Assembly (NCBI GenBank): GCA_030704615.1
Contig: CM060732.1
Location: 38,936,001 to 39,000,000, forward strand
Length of the DNA: 64,000 bases
Reading direction: 5' to 3'
Source of the DNA: Takakia lepidozioides
Lineage: Eukaryota; Plantae; Bryophyta
Shown: positions 44,016 through 57,886 of the stretch, piece by piece
Position numbering within the stretch: the first letter of the stretch is position 1
Layout of the letters: every line of letters starts with the position of its first letter
Translations under genes and position numbers: made by a program
Notes under the pieces: generated by a model
The model's database searches: none
Told to the model about the DNA's origin: nothing
Seen by the model: the letters and a program-made list of their open reading frames with translations, nothing else

Positions 44016-46688
44016 ATGAGTGAAGAAGAAAACCCAAGGGCAGAACTTGGAGATGAAAACAGAGAGAAGAAATTGGAAGAGGAAGAAATATGAAGAAGTA
44101 GACCCAACAGCTGAGGTTGAGACTACAACCAGGACATCCCAACCCGTTGGACCTGGATCAAGTGGAGCACTTGGATCACAGGCCAACGAAGGTGTCGGCT
44201 CAGGGGGATCAGGCGGGCTGCCTGGATCTGGCTCTGGGGGGACAGGGAGTGTGGGAAATAGTGCAACTGAAGCTAGGAATACTGTGAATATCGTGGGGCC
44301 GGAAGCAGGGAGTGCTCAAGGGCCACCACTTGGTGGAAGATCCACCACAAAAACAACAGGTCCAGAAGGACCAGCACCAGCAAGGGTGCCAGCACCTGTC
44401 AGTGGGCAGAAGGTAGGGCCACAGATGGCGTTACAACCAACACGGGCAAAACCACCTTTTCCAATATATTCAGGAAAAGGGGATCCTGATGTACACATTA
44501 GCCAATTTGAGCACATGTGTATAGTGAACAATGAGAATGGCGATGATGCCAAGATGAGACTGTTTCCGTGTTCACTTATAAAGAAAGCAAGTGAATGGTA
44601 TGCAAGATTCCCTGATAATCATTTCCTAACCTGGAATGGCTTGAATATAGCATTTCGAAATAGGTTCAGGACAAGTAAAACTGAGGATGAAGTGTATGGA
44701 AGTTTACAACAGTTAAAGCAAAAGAAGCATGAAACTGTTGAGGAGTATATGGAAAAGATGGAATTGATGATGAAAAAGCTGGCTGCAGTACCAGCACCCG
44801 GTTTACAGAAGACTTGGTTTGTGAGTGGACTAAGACCAGAGTTGCAAAAGAAAGTGGATATGTTACCCCATAATATAGTGGAGGAGGCATTTGAAACTGC
44901 AAACAGAATTGAGCAATTGGGAATGCTCAGGAGAGAGAAAAAGGATGATGAAGACTCTGAGGAGGAGTCAGATGAAGAAGAAGAGCAAGAACTAAAAAGG
45001 AAGAGTAAGAGAAAGGAGAAGTTGAAGAGGGATAATTATGAAAAAAGATTGGAAGAAATCTTGAAGAAATATGCCACAGAGGCTGCAACACATTGGAGGA
45101 AGGGTGTATGTGTGCAAAGTGCCAAAATGAAGGCCATACCACCACAGAATGCCACATGAAGGAGAAACATTGTACTATCTGTAAAATGGATAACCATTCT
45201 ACTGAGAATTGTTACTACAACAGAAGGACAGCTGCAAGAGAACCTAGGCAAGTAAGGGTGCATCAGGTGCAGCCCCAGCCAAGAAGAAACAATGATCAGG
45301 ACCACTATGGTAGGTCTGGTGGTTATAACAATGGCATGGAAGGGAGAGGTAATTCAAGAGGAAATTATCAGGGAAATTCCAGAGGCAACTATCAGGGTAA
45401 TCCAAGGGGGAATTACCAGCCCGGGAATCAGGATTACAGAAATAATCCAAGAGCAGACCAAGGGCGAGGACCCAATGGTGAAGAACTATGTTACTATTGT
45501 AATCAACCAGGACATCGCAAGGCAGCCTGTTCATTCTGGATAAGACACCAGAATGAGATGAGAGCTCCTGTGAATGAGGGCCCAGTGGTGGCAGCTCACA
45601 TGGTTAGGCCATGTGTTGTACCAGAAGTAAGTACAATGATAGTAACTAGAAGCAAAGCTAAATTAATACCTCCGGTAGTTGAGGAAGATGATGATAATGA
45701 AGGTGGCAGTGATATACCTGAAGATGATGGGGCTTGGAGAGAGGAGAAGGAACTGCACAAGGAAGTGGCAGATACCATAAGGAAAATGCAGAAGAGTACT
45801 GATATTCCTGTGGCGGATTCCTCTGATTCTGATGGAGAAGAAGAAGGGAGTGAAGAAGAAAGGAAGAGAGAAGATGCAGACGTGCAAAGTAATGAAGAAA
45901 CTTTGGCTGAAGTAATATGCCAGACCAAAGCAGAAATTACCATTGGACAGCTATTGGCTGTGGCACCTTATTGTAGACACAGGCTGTATCAAGCAATCAA
46001 TCGAATTGCCCAAGAGACCGGAAACACAGACCTGAACAGCAAGGTGACCAGTTATACTGTGAAGCCGGAAGGGCAAGAAACAGTCATGGACTTTGATGAT
46101 TCTATGCCAGTAATCCAATTGAGAATTGGAAGCATAGAACTAACTGATGTACTGATAGATAGAGCTTTTGGAGTAAATATCATGACAGACCAATTGAGAA
46201 AGAAGCTTGGTCTAAGTAACATGAAACCAGCCCCATTTACAGTAACAATGGCAGATCAAAGAAGTGTATAGTCATTGGGAATAATAAGAGGAGTTAAGAT
46301 ACAGATACAGAAGATGATCTTTATGATCACAGTAACTATGTTGAAGGTGGATGAAGTCATGGAGGCTTACTCCTTATTATTGGGACGTCCGTGGCTGAAG
46401 CAGGCTAGGGTATTCCATGACTGGAATTCTCAGTTATTAACCGTGCATAATGGGATACACGAGATACAAACTACCACAAAGAAATCTAGTAGAGTACCTG
46501 CTACGAGAAGACCTCGAGGAGTCAGAGAGTATGACTGGAGAGAAGGACTGGATGAGGAGCAGGAAGCTACTCTGTTTGCTGCACACCCAGAGTGGGAGCA
46601 AGTCAGAGATGCGGCTGGAAAGCCTAAGTTGTGTAAGAGGTATCTGTTGTGGTGTAGTGACAGCAACACCAATTGAAGAGGAAACCAG
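44016..46688 (+). CDS. Gypsy C gag-protease (frameshifts and one stop)
   Basis: Capsid FPIYSGKGDPDVHISQFE...FPCSL...WY. Three CCHC knuckles (CAKC, CTIC, CYYC). Protease VLID(R)A and LLLGRPWL. Confidence 0.9.
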
Positions 46689-48988
46689 TGTAGTGTGAAA
46701 AGAAGGGGCGTGAATCCCCTTCTGTGCAAGTCTAGTTGTGCTCCTCCCCAGGTCAATTGGAGGGAAGGAAAGGAGCTCTCCCTCTCAGGTGATCCAACCT
46801 CGTCACTCGGTGTGGGTTTCCCTCACGTCCTTCATGATCAGAGTTCACACAATCCTCATCCACGCCGCAGCGGAAGAGAAGACATGGATGGGGAGTCTGT
46901 ATTGTTTTCACCCGTGGTTCTACTTCTACACGACATCCTCTCCCTGGTACACTGCACCAGCCATGTTACCATGCTGTCTTCAGTGATGCAACCAGCCCTA
47001 CGTCAGTGATGACCACTGCCCTTGTGGGCAGCTCCCTTGGTCAGCAACAAGTGGAATCCCCTTTGTAATAAGATCACGATTTGGAAGGAGGCAACTCAGA
47101 TCTGCCATGAGTTGCAGGCCCACCAGTTTTGGCCCTTCATGGGTTCATGCTTTCTTTATCTTACCGCCCCAATCATCCATTCCTCTCCATCCCTCTTGCT
47201 GGTCAGCTCTCTCCCTTTGTCCTTTTCTCTCTCCCTTCTCTTTCTTCAGGGTGAGTAGGTTCCTCACTCTTTCCACTGTAGCATGTCTATGATGCAATGC
47301 AATGCGCATTCAGCCAAGCATCCAGTGCACCCAGCATTGAAATCAACCTTGGTCACACAAGATATAATCAGCCCCTTTTATCAGTCCCTCTCTTGCCAAT
47401 GACAGATGCTTCACACTCCTTTTCCCAGGTGTAGCCATTTGCCCAAGACAGCTCTCAACCCTTCTACAGGTCTCAATTTACACACCCTGACAGCTCTCTT
47501 TTTCCCATCAACTGTGAACCTCAGTGGTTCACATGCTGAGAGCACCCTGAGAATCAGATCCAAACCCAAACAGATGTTGGTTTTTCTGCCCCATCCACAT
47601 CATCCCTTCTTGTTGTTTCCAAACAGTTCTATCTAACCTCACTGGTTTCCTCTACCTACTAAGCTAGTTCCACATTGACTGCAATGTGTCAACATCCCAG
47701 GCTAGATTGTTTGTACAAGCTCATGACGTTGAAACAAGAACAAGAATACAACAACAGCAACCATTCTGTCCCAGCAACGAATCAACCCTGTTTCCATTCA
47801 TTTTCCTACTGTACAATGTAACAGCAGGTGCATCCATCTCCAGTCCATCCTGGTTTGAAGTCCAGTGTCTTCATTCCATTTCCAAAGCTCTTTTTCTTCC
47901 TCACATGTCAGTGTCTCTTACTACAAGAGACAGTCCAAACTTCACAAAGCGATTTCTAAGTCACCAAAAAACCACTCTTCAAACTTATCTGTCTTATACT
48001 CATTGAAGCGGTGGGTCTGCCTGTCAAGAAGGCACCTTGTCCTCTCCCTCGTCAGCCATTTCCGACGTTTCTTCTTATCGTGATTCCAGTCCTCATTAGG
48101 CATGACGGCTCTGCTTCAGCTGCTGGCACATCCTTGTGCCTGCCAACCTCTACCCTATCCTTCTACATGTGCATTTTTCCCTATGAAGTGATCTGGTCCT
48201 ACAGCCCTTAAGACAGAGAGCAGATACAAAACTTAATTATAGATAGCTTAAGCGCCATACACACCAGAAGGCGGCACCGCTTCCTCTTGCACAGAATGCC
48301 AAGCCAGATCCCTTAACGTCGCTCTTTAAGGCAAGCTGATTCCCTTACAAAGTGATCTGGTCCTAAAGCTCAAAAACAGACAGCAGCTACAAGATTTGAT
48401 CACAGACAACCTGAGGCGCTATACACACCAGCTGCATTTCTCATCCCCCAACACCTGCTGAGCCGCTCCATCTCCTCATTAATGTGCTCATCAAGACAAT
48501 GGCGACAGCAGTGGTGCACCGCCCTTATCACAAACCTGATCCCTCAGGTTTGATCATTGCTTACGAAGAAGGCGGCACCGCTTCTTCTTGCACAGAAAGC
48601 CAAGCAGGAGCTCTTAACATTTCTCTTAAAAGCAAGCTGATACCCTTTGCGTAGGTGGAACTTTCTCAGATATCCTGTGCTGCCAACACCACTGCAGCAG
48701 CTGCGAAAAGATACCCGCACTCTTCCCCTTCGAATTTCACATCCTGCTTCTAGGGTTCAACATCATGGATGAAAATCATTCATCCTAGGGATGAAAAAGG
48801 TGCATGTCATAACTTAGCCATATTTTGTTCTTGGCAGATCAATAGCATAGTCTTCCATGGAATATACCTCAAGTTATGGACAATTTCCTCCCTTCATTAG
48901 CAACGAAGGGCACTCCTTTGTAGTAGTGCCGAAACCTGATGCCAAACAAAAAACTTGAAATTTTTACCCCCTGCAAGCTCACACTACA
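46689..48988 (-). repeat. 3' LTR of gypsy D (2300 bp)
   Basis: Direct repeat of 55578-57886. PPT aaaaaaaggagg on the minus strand at about 49001-49012. Confidence 0.95.
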
Positions 48989-49029
48989 TATGTAAGTGTG
49001 CCTCCTTTTTTTAAAGTGTCAGGGTCCTC

Positions 49030-52000
49030 ACTGACCACCTTTAACGGCTGAACACCTATTGGTGGTATGAAGGGTTTTAAATCCCTCCTACTTCTTACCC
49101 ATTTCCTTGTCTGCTCCATCTCTCAACCTGCATCTTCGTGCAGCTTTCTCCTGTCTTGGTTGTGCTTCTGCATCCTGTATCCCAAAAAGTCATAGGGTCC
49201 CTCCCATGGAGATGTCATGGAAGACCTCTTTCCAGGCCTCAACATCATTACCTTGCTGTTCTCCATCAACGTGCAGTAGTATGCCCTGTTTGATGCCTTC
49301 TTTCATAATCTTTTGCCTGTTGACGCTGCCCTTTCTTCACACTCTTTCGTAGCTTTGCCTTCATCTCTGTGAGAAGCTGGATTTTCTGCTGCATCATAAG
49401 TGTGACCTCTGCTACAGATCCATCAGAATTTACTGGTGTTGTAAGAAAATGTAACCTGTTGTCAATTCCCAGCCTGGGAATTTCTACCAGTAAGTACCTG
49501 AAAAGGTGAGAATCCAGTGGAAGCATGGACACCCATTCTGTAACCAAACAGGGCCTTATAGAGATTCTGATCCCACTCAGTGTCGTTTCCAACTCCTAGG
49601 GTGGTGATGCTCTGTTTGAGAGACTTAATGACCCTTTCCACCATACCGTTACACTGAGGCCAGTAGGGGGCGCTATGCTCCCTCTTTATACCGTATTCGT
49701 GGCATGTATCTTCAAAACTCACCTCCCCACTCTGTGCCATTGTCAGTGAGCAACGTATGTGGGCAGCTATACCTGTCAATTACTTCTTCCTCAAGAAAGC
49801 GGGCAGCAAGGGCTGCTGTATGATCTGCCACTGGTGCAGCTTCTATCCATTTTGAGAAGTGATCGATTGCCACCAGAAAGTACTGATTGCCCCTGCTGGT
49901 TATAGGTAATGTCCTGCCGTGTCAATTGCAACTCTGAAAACACAGATCCACTACTGGAATGCTGTGAAGTTTTGAGCTACCTGAGCGCAACACTCCGTTC
50001 TGTTTGGCCATCTGACATTTACCACAGCCCTTGAGTAACTTGCCTGATGAGTTTTGTTCTATCATGCCAGAAATAACGTCGGCATATCTCTTCTTGTGTT
50101 CTTCTGACTCCAAAGTGGCCAGTGGCTTCATGTACTTCAGTGATTATTGCCGCTCTGTCAGTTCTTGGTGGAACTACCCTTCCATCAAAGTAGACCTCAC
50201 CTTTGAGATAGGAGTACTGCCTTGCCCGCTCTTGGCTCTCTTGCTCTCCTCTTTTGTCAGGTAGTCATTGACTTCTCCAAAACATAAGAGGTGCATGACT
50301 TCCACATCATCAAGCACATCAGGTTGCCTTTCCTCCTTAACAGCTGCTGTATGATGGTCAGAGCTGATGAGAGAGCTTTTCCCCCATCTTTCAGCCTCAC
50401 GTAATAATGACATCTGAGTAGCTTTGGTGGGTGCGGTCCATGGTACCCAGTCCCCTTCATCAATCTTGTTGCAAGAAGAAGTGTCTTGTTCTGAACCACT
50501 TGTTCCATCACTGTCTGAAGAACAAAACGTCTTGGTGGAACACTCACCCCCCATGTTTTCCTTGGCTGGGCATTCTGATGAGGAAGTCACCCGCGTTCTT
50601 CTTGTTGTTGGAGTGCTTGTCAAGTGTTGAAGGAATGGTGTCTCTTGCAAGCTTCCCTTTTCATTGTTCGATCTCTCTTCCACAAGTTCACAGGCTGGAT
50701 GTACCTCGCTTAGCTTCTTATCACGAGCACGAGATCCTCGGGTAATCACATGGATGGTGGGACAAGAGGGCATCAGATGCTCCTTTCCTTGTTGCTGATT
50801 GCAGTAGCCTCTATCCTTCCTGCACCCTTATCCTTCCAAATACCCTCCCTCACCAGATTGACAGAGCTTGATTGATCAATACCCTTTCCTTGTTTTTTTT
50901 TTTTAGCAAAAATCTGTGCAGCAAAAGTCACCCTCTTTCCTTCTCCATCTGGCATTAGCCTGTTTCAGTTCTCCCTTCAATATGCCATGATCCTTGGTCA
51001 AACACCATCTGTGGAAGATCTTACTATGCCCGGACACGACTCAAATGAAAATCACGCAAAGTAATCTATGCCGATGTGGTGCTCTGATATAAGCCACCAA
51101 TATGGATCTAGTCTGTTTCAAGAAATGACTTCCCAACGTATTTCTTGAAGTGCCAAAGGCCCCCATAACACAGCATAGTACTCTTCTCTTTGCCAATCAT
51201 CTCCCCTTGTTCACTGCTTACCCTACTTGCCTATGAGCTTCTCTCTCAACTCCTCCTTCCCCTCCTTAAAATGGAAATAACGAAGCATTGATGGCACCCT
51301 CTATCCCAGCTAGGTTTAAGAAGATAGGCTCCATCCCTCTTTCTCTTTCTCCCTTCTCTGTTCTGACTGTACCAAAGTAGAGTATACCTCGATTCCCTCG
51401 GTTTCCTCAATGGTGGTCCCCACTGGATACCTGCTTAGTGCATCTACGTTGCATGCCTAGCACCTGCTCTGTGAACAATTTTAAACTCAAAATCTTGTAA
51501 CATCATGATCCATCTACCCCTGCGTCCATAGCGTCACTTACCGTTGCCAACCACTCCAGAGGTTTGTGATCAGTCCTGATTACAAAAGGGGTTCCATACA
51601 GGTACTGCCGAAAGTGTAATACTCCCCACACCAGGGCATAGCATTCACCTTCCATAGGGTGATATTTGCGCTGAGCATCAGATAGTACCTTACTAGCGTA
51701 TGCAATGACCCTCTCCTTTTTATACTCCTTTTGTGACAAACTGCTCCTACTCCTTTGATGGACCAGTCAACATCTAAGACGAACGGTCTTGAGAAATCTG
51801 GTCTTGCCAGGATGGGAGCAGTTACCAACTTCACCTGTAAGGCAGAAAAGGCGTTTTGTGCCTCTGCACTCCAGATAAACTTCACATCCTTCTTGGTTAG
51901 AGTGAACAAGGGTACTGCCACTCCAGCATATCCTTTGACATAGGGCCTATAGTACCCTGTCATGCCTAAGTAGCTTTTGAGAGCAGTGTGGTTTTTGGGC

Positions 52001-54011
52001 AAGGGAAACCTTTCAATAGCAGCTATCTTATCTGGATCAGGCCACGTTCCCTCTTCAGAGATCACATGCCCAAGGAATACCAACTGTAAGTTGGCAAAGT
52101 AACACTTGTCCGGATTGAGCCTAAGATTGGCCTTTCTAACCTTGCTCAATACTCTCTTTATATGTCCCACGTGATCTCCCCAGTCCTTGCTATGGATATT
52201 GACGTCATCTACAAACACCTTAGCGCAATCTTTGATTTCTTCCTTGAGCACTCTATTCATTGTTCTCTGAAAGGTAGCAGTGGCATTTTTTAGCCCGAAT
52301 GGCATGACCAGCCATTCATACAATCCCTTCTTTGTGATCACCGCTGTTTTGCCTATGTCTCGGTCGTCCATTTTGATCTGCCAAAAACCAGATTGTAAAT
52401 CCAGCGCAGAAAACCACTTGGCTTTCCCCAACTGGTTTAAAACATCCTGAATTAATGGCATAGGGTAAGAGTCCCTTCTGGTCAAACGGTTTACTGGCCT
52501 AAAATCACCACAAAACCGCTTGGATCCATCCTTTTTTGGTGGAAGGGTAACTGGACACGACCATTCTGAACTACTCTCTCTCATCTTGCCTTGTGAGATC
52601 AAAGTCTCAATTTGTCCTTGGACCTCGTCTTCCTCCCATTCTGATAGGCGGCTGGGACGACTTCTGCAAGGGGGAAAACCTTGTGTGTCAATTGTGTGTT
52701 CTACCTCACTGCAGTATCCCAAGTCAGCCTTGCTAAGAGCAAAGCATTCCTGGTTTGCTTTCAGCTCTTGCTCAAGCTCTATCCTATGTTCTGGGCCAGT
52801 TCTGGGTTGATGTGCAGTCTGGATTTCAGACTTCTCCAACGACTCTCCATTTCTTCCTCTTGACTGGGTTCCCAATTCTTTCCCTCCACCTGGCTTACAG
52901 AGTTAGCCATTCTCTGTCGTTCCTCTTGTGTGACAACCTGATTCCAATCATGGAAGTCATCCTCTATTTCTAGGTTGTTGTTCCCTAGTTCACCATTCCA
53001 AGCTTTCTGATAAGCTTCCTGTATTATGGCAGCAGCCATGCTCTTATGGGTCTCTTTCCTGAAGGAGTTCAGACATCCCTTGGTCCTCGAACAAGTCCTC
53101 CCCTAGGTTGACATCGTCTATTATTTCCTCAACATCCCTCAGTGCTGTTTCTACCTCCTTACTCTCCTCAGAGCCTCCCATCTCCTCATCTTTATCAGAT
53201 TTAGAGGTGTCAGAACCTGAGGATGCTTCCTCCGTGTCCTCATATTCTTCCTCTGGTTTTCTTTTCTTCTCCCACAAGCCTAGGTACTGTTCATCTGACG
53301 TCAGGGTTAGGACATTACCTGCTGACGTACTGCTTGCATATCTCATTCTACTCTCGACCCCTCTATGGTAGGCTGTTTTGGTAACTGCAGGCTCATTATA
53401 ATTGATGGTGTGCAAAGGGAAGTGAGCAAAATCCTTTCCTGGCCCATAGCGTACGCGAATTGTTTCAGCTTCGGTGTCCACTACAGCGCCAAACTTTTTG
53501 AGAAAGTCCAATCCCAGCAGCATGTGATATGTATCCGTGTTCACCACCATAAAGGACAAACGATTGGTCAGTTCTCCTACTTTGACCTTGATGTCCTCAA
53601 GTCTGCCCATTGCAGTCTCAAGAGCACCTGAGGCTACTCTGTAATTCACATCCTTACTAGTAATGACAGACCCCATCAAACCAAGATCCCTGACTGTACT
53701 AGCTGATATTACAGAAAGCATGGCACCAGTGTCAATCTGGCCTAATACTTGGTAATCTCCCATTGTAATCATTACATGAAGCGCTTTACCTTACCAGTAT
53801 AAGCATACGAGATCGTGGGCTCAGCGTGTGCTGAGTACAAAGGCCTTGGTACATCCTTCACAACTTCTACACTGTGAGTTGTCTCCCTTTGTTGGACCAT
53901 TGCTCTTTCCACCACTTTGACCAGCCCTTTCAATTTGTCTAGCTCTCCGGGCACAGTCATGATCAGGTCCATGGGCGACAACGATATTCTCCCTTTGTAG
54001 AAGTGGTTCAA
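49030..54011 (-). pseudogene. Gypsy D pol (protease, RT, RNase H, long spacer, integrase), multiply frameshifted
   Basis: IDTGA and LLGLDFL; LDLQSGFWQI, MPFGLKNA, FVDD; LDVDWS, EGECYALVW, TDHKPL; DHFSKWIEA, APYWPQCNGMVER. Confidence 0.92.
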
Positions 54012-54034
54012 GATTCTGGATTTCGTACCTCCTT

Positions 54035-55123
54035 CTATAGCATTTTGAAATTGTTCTTTGGGTAGATTTCACTCTTGGTCTTGCTTGGCTGTTCACTGTT
54101 CTCACTATTCCTTTCTGGTGACCCTGTAGGTTCAACAATCGGACTCTGGACAGGTATGCGTGTCCTTGGAAGTCTGACTTCATTGATACTATTTCGTGAC
54201 ATCAGATCTGTCATCTCTGCGAGTACATCATCCTCATCATCATAGAACACGTCTACAAAGTTAGTTCCCGGAGTTCCCATCATAGTTTGGTCGAGTTTTC
54301 TACTGCACTCACTCTCCGTATGCCCGAGTAGCTTGCAAAAGTTGCATCTCACACCACACATTTCCGTGGAATGCCCGAACCGGTGACATTTGTCACACTT
54401 AGCTGGGGTTCTTCCTTCAGGACAATATGCAGCTATGTGACCTTCTTTGTGACAAACATTACAAAGGCGAACACGAGGTGGTGTTCTAGATCCCGAGCTT
54501 TCTCCTATGACTGGTCCCCTATCAAAGTACTTCTGTAGGGTAGTGTTCAGCTGATCAAGTCTTCTGTCCACAGGGTTAACAAACACAACTGACTCATCTG
54601 TATCATCTCCTTCCAATGGCTCTAGAGGTATTTCCCCTAACTTTCCCAGGCCCCTTTCAATCTCAATGGCTGTGTCAAGTGCTTCCTCTACATCAAGGAA
54701 GCGCCTGCCCAGCATTACTCTTGCTATTTCTGGTCTCAAACCTGCTGCAAATCTACGCCTCTGTTCCAAATCAGACGCCCCACTTCTTATAAATAACCGG
54801 TTCAACCTATCAAAGTATGTTTGAACCCTTTGTCTACTCTCCTGTTTAATGGTATCCATTCTTAGCCTAATTTCTGCCAAGTCAACGATACCAAACTTGG
54901 CTGAAATTGCTGCCCTGAAGTCCACCCAGTTGTTTGGTCTAGGGTTTTGTTTACGGTACCATTCATCAGCCTTGGCTCTCAGGTTGAGCCTTGCTACCTT
55001 GAAAGTTTTGTCCTCATTCAAATCCCTGACATCTGCCTCCATCTGAATTCTCTCCAGCCAGTCATTTACATCCTCACTATTCCTACCATGATAAGGCGCA
55101 TCTATGCTGGTTGGACTGGTCAT
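54035..55123 (-). CDS. Gypsy D gag
   Basis: YHGRNSEDVNDWLE, LRAKADEWY, three CCHC knuckles (CNVC, CDKC, CNFC). Confidence 0.92.
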   Translation of the reverse strand: MTSPTSIDAPYHGRNSEDVNDWLERIQMEADVRDLNEDKTFKVARLNLRAKADEWYRKQNPRPNNWVDFRAAISAKFGIVDLAEIRLRMDTIKQESRQRVQTYFDRLNRLFIRSGASDLEQRRRFAAGLRPEIARVMLGRRFLDVEEALDTAIEIERGLGKLGEIPLEPLEGDDTDESVVFVNPVDRRLDQLNTTLQKYFDRGPVIGESSGSRTPPRVRLCNVCHKEGHIAAYCPEGRTPAKCDKCHRFGHSTEMCGVRCNFCKLLGHTESECSRKLDQTMMGTPGTNFVDVFYDDEDDVLAEMTDLMSRNSINEVRLPRTRIPVQSPIVEPTGSPERNSENSEQPSKTKSEIYPKNNFKML

Positions 55124-55565
55124 CCTTCTATTCTCTAGTCAAAGTTCAAACTGTTTCAACACCTAATTCTGACTCTAATTCTTCCCTCAACTTCCTTAAT
55201 GTTGACCTCTATACCACTCCCACTGTCCATTTCGCAACATCTCTACTCTACCTCCCATGTCACCTCTCGTGCCATGGTATTTATCTTCCCCACCTTCCTA
55301 ACTCTCTTATCCAAAGTGCTATGGTTGTTCTTCCACCAGTATGTATCACTCTAAGACATAAATCACCATTCGCTATTCTCCAAGCAGGGTTGAAGAAGTA
55401 CAAACAAGGGTCTGCGTGTGCATTTGGTGTGCGTTGCTGAAGCAAATCAGCACATCTCCAATGCTTGGTTCATCAGGAATCAGTGTGTGGTCTCTTCCTG
55501 CCATCAAACCATCCAATACCAGTCAAGATCCCTAGCTAGTAGAAATCAAGATTCAACATCCTCAA

Positions 55566-55577
55566 GCTCTGATACCA
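55566..55577 (-). promoter_or_regulatory. Primer binding site, tRNA-iMet
   Basis: tggtatcagagc on the minus strand. Confidence 0.92.
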
Positions 55578-57886
55578 AAAGAAGGGGCGTGAATCCCCTT
55601 CTGTGCAAGTGTTAGTTGTGCTCCTCCCCAAGTCAATTGGAGGGAAGGAAAGGAGCTGTCCTCTCAGGTGATCCAACCCTCGTCACTCGGTGTGGGTTTC
55701 CCTCACGTCCTTCATGATCAGAGTTCACACAATCCTCATCCACGCCGCAGCGGAAGAGAAGACATGGATGGGGAGTCTGTATTGTTTTCACCCGTGGTTC
55801 TACTTCTACACAACATCCTCTCCCTGGTACACTGCACCAGCCCTGTTACCATGCTGTCTTCAGTGATGCAACCAGCCCTACGTCAGTGATGACCACTGCC
55901 CTTGTGGGCAGCTCCCTTGGTCAGCAACAAGTGGAATCCCCTTTGTAATAAGATCACGATTTGGAAGGAGGCAACTCAGATCTGCCATGAGTTGCAGGCC
56001 CACCAGTTTGGCCCTTCATGGGTTCATGCTTTCTTTATCTTACCGCCCCAATCATCCATTCCTCTCCATCCCCTCTTGCTGGTCAGCTCTCTCCCTTATG
56101 TCCTTTTCTCTCTCCCTTTCTCTTTCCTTCAGGGTGAGTAGGTCCTCACTCTTTCCACTGTAGCATGTCTATGATGCAATGCAATGCGCATTCAGCCAAG
56201 CATCCAGTGCACCCAGCATTGAAATCAACCTTGGTCACACAAGATATAATCAGCCCTTTTATCAGTCCCTCTCTCTGCCAATGACAGATGCTTCACACTC
56301 TACTTTTCCCAGGTGTAGCCATTTGCCCAAGACAGCTCTCAACCCTTCTACAGGTCTCAATTTACACACCCTGACAGCTCTCTTTTTCCCATCAACTGTG
56401 AACCTCAGTGGTTCACATGCTGAGAGCACCCTGAGAATCAGATCCAAACCCAAACAGATGTTGGTTTTTCTGCCCCATCCACATCATCCCTTCTTGTCGT
56501 TTCCAAACAGTTCAATCTAACTCTCACTGGTTTCCTCTACCTACTAAGCTAGTTCCACATTGACTGCAATGTGTCAACATCCCAGGCTAGATTGTTTGTA
56601 CAAGCTCATGACGTTGAAACAAGAAACAAGAATACAACAACAGCAACCATTCTGTCCCAGCAACGAATCATCCCTGTTTCCATTCATTTTTCCTACTCTA
56701 CAATGTAACAGCAGGTGCATCCATCTCCAGTCCATCCTGGTTTGAAGTCCAGTGTCTTCATTCCATTTCCAAAACTCTTTTTCTTCCTCACATGTCAGTG
56801 TCTCTTACTACATGCAAGAGACAGTCCAAACTTCACAAAGCGATTTCTAAGTCACCCCAAAAAGAGAGAAAACCACTCTTCAAACTTATCTGTCTTATAC
56901 TCATTGAAGCGGTAGGTCTGCCTGTCACGAAAGCACCTTGTCCTCTCCCTCGTCAGCCATTTCCGCGTCTCTTCTTATCGTGATTCCAATCCTCATCAAG
57001 GCATGACGGCTCTGCTTCAGCTGCTGGCACATCCTTGTGTCTGCCAACCTCTACCCTATCCTTCTACATGTGCATTTCTTCCCTATGAAGTGATCTGGTC
57101 CTACAGCCTTTAAGACAGAGAGCAGATACAAAACTTAATTATAGATAGCTTAAGCGCCATACACACCAGAAGGCGGCACCGCTTCCTCTTGCACAGAATG
57201 CCAAGCCAGATCCCTTAACGTCGCTCTTTAAGGCAAGCTGATTCCCTTACAAAGTGATCTGGTCCTAAAGCTCAAAAACAGACAGCAGCTACAAGATTTG
57301 ATCACAGACAACCTGAGGCGCTATACACACCAGCCTGCATTTCTCATCCCCCAACACCTGCTGAGCCGCTCCATCTCCTCATTAATGTGCTCATCAAGAC
57401 AATGGCGACAGCAGTGGTGCACCGCCCTTATCACAAACCTGATCCCTCTGGTTTGATCATTGCTTACGAAGAAGGCGGCACCGCTTCTTCTTGCACAGAA
57501 GGCCAAGCAGGAGCTCTTAACATTTCTCTTAAAAGCAAGCTGATACCCTTTGCGTAGGTGGAACTTTCTCAGATATCCTGTGCTGCCAACACCACTGCAG
57601 CAGCTGCGAAAAGATACCCGCACTCTTCCCCTTCGAATTTCACATCCTGCTTCTAGGGTTCAACATCATGGATGAAAATCATTCATCCTAGGGATGAAAA
57701 GGCGCATGTCATTACTTAGCCATATTTTGTTCTTGGCAGATCAATAGCATAGTCTTTCCATGGAATTACCTCAAGTTATGGACAATTCCTCCCCTTCATT
57801 AGCACGAAGGGCACTCCCTTTGTAGTAGTGCCGAAACCTGATGCCAAACAAAAACTTGAATTTTTACCCCCTGCACTCACACTACA
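55578..57886 (-). repeat. 5' LTR of gypsy D
   Basis: Direct repeat of 46699-48988, abutting the PBS. Confidence 0.95.

Larger units (their letters stand above)
46689..57886 (-). mobile_element. Nested, near-complete Ty3/gypsy retrotransposon D
   Basis: Two near-identical LTRs, terminal inverted repeat tgtagtgtga/tcacactaca, TSD ccag (46685-46688, 57887-57890), PBS-Met, PPT, and gag-PR-RT-RH-INT order. Confidence 0.96.

Noticed and set aside
45345-45425. GN(S/P)RGNYQ x3 repeat in gag
   Set aside because: Low-complexity linker repeats are ordinary in gypsy Gag proteins.
46695-48211. Short ORFs in the gypsy D LTRs as captured genes
   Set aside because: No recognisable motifs, and frames differ between the two LTR copies.
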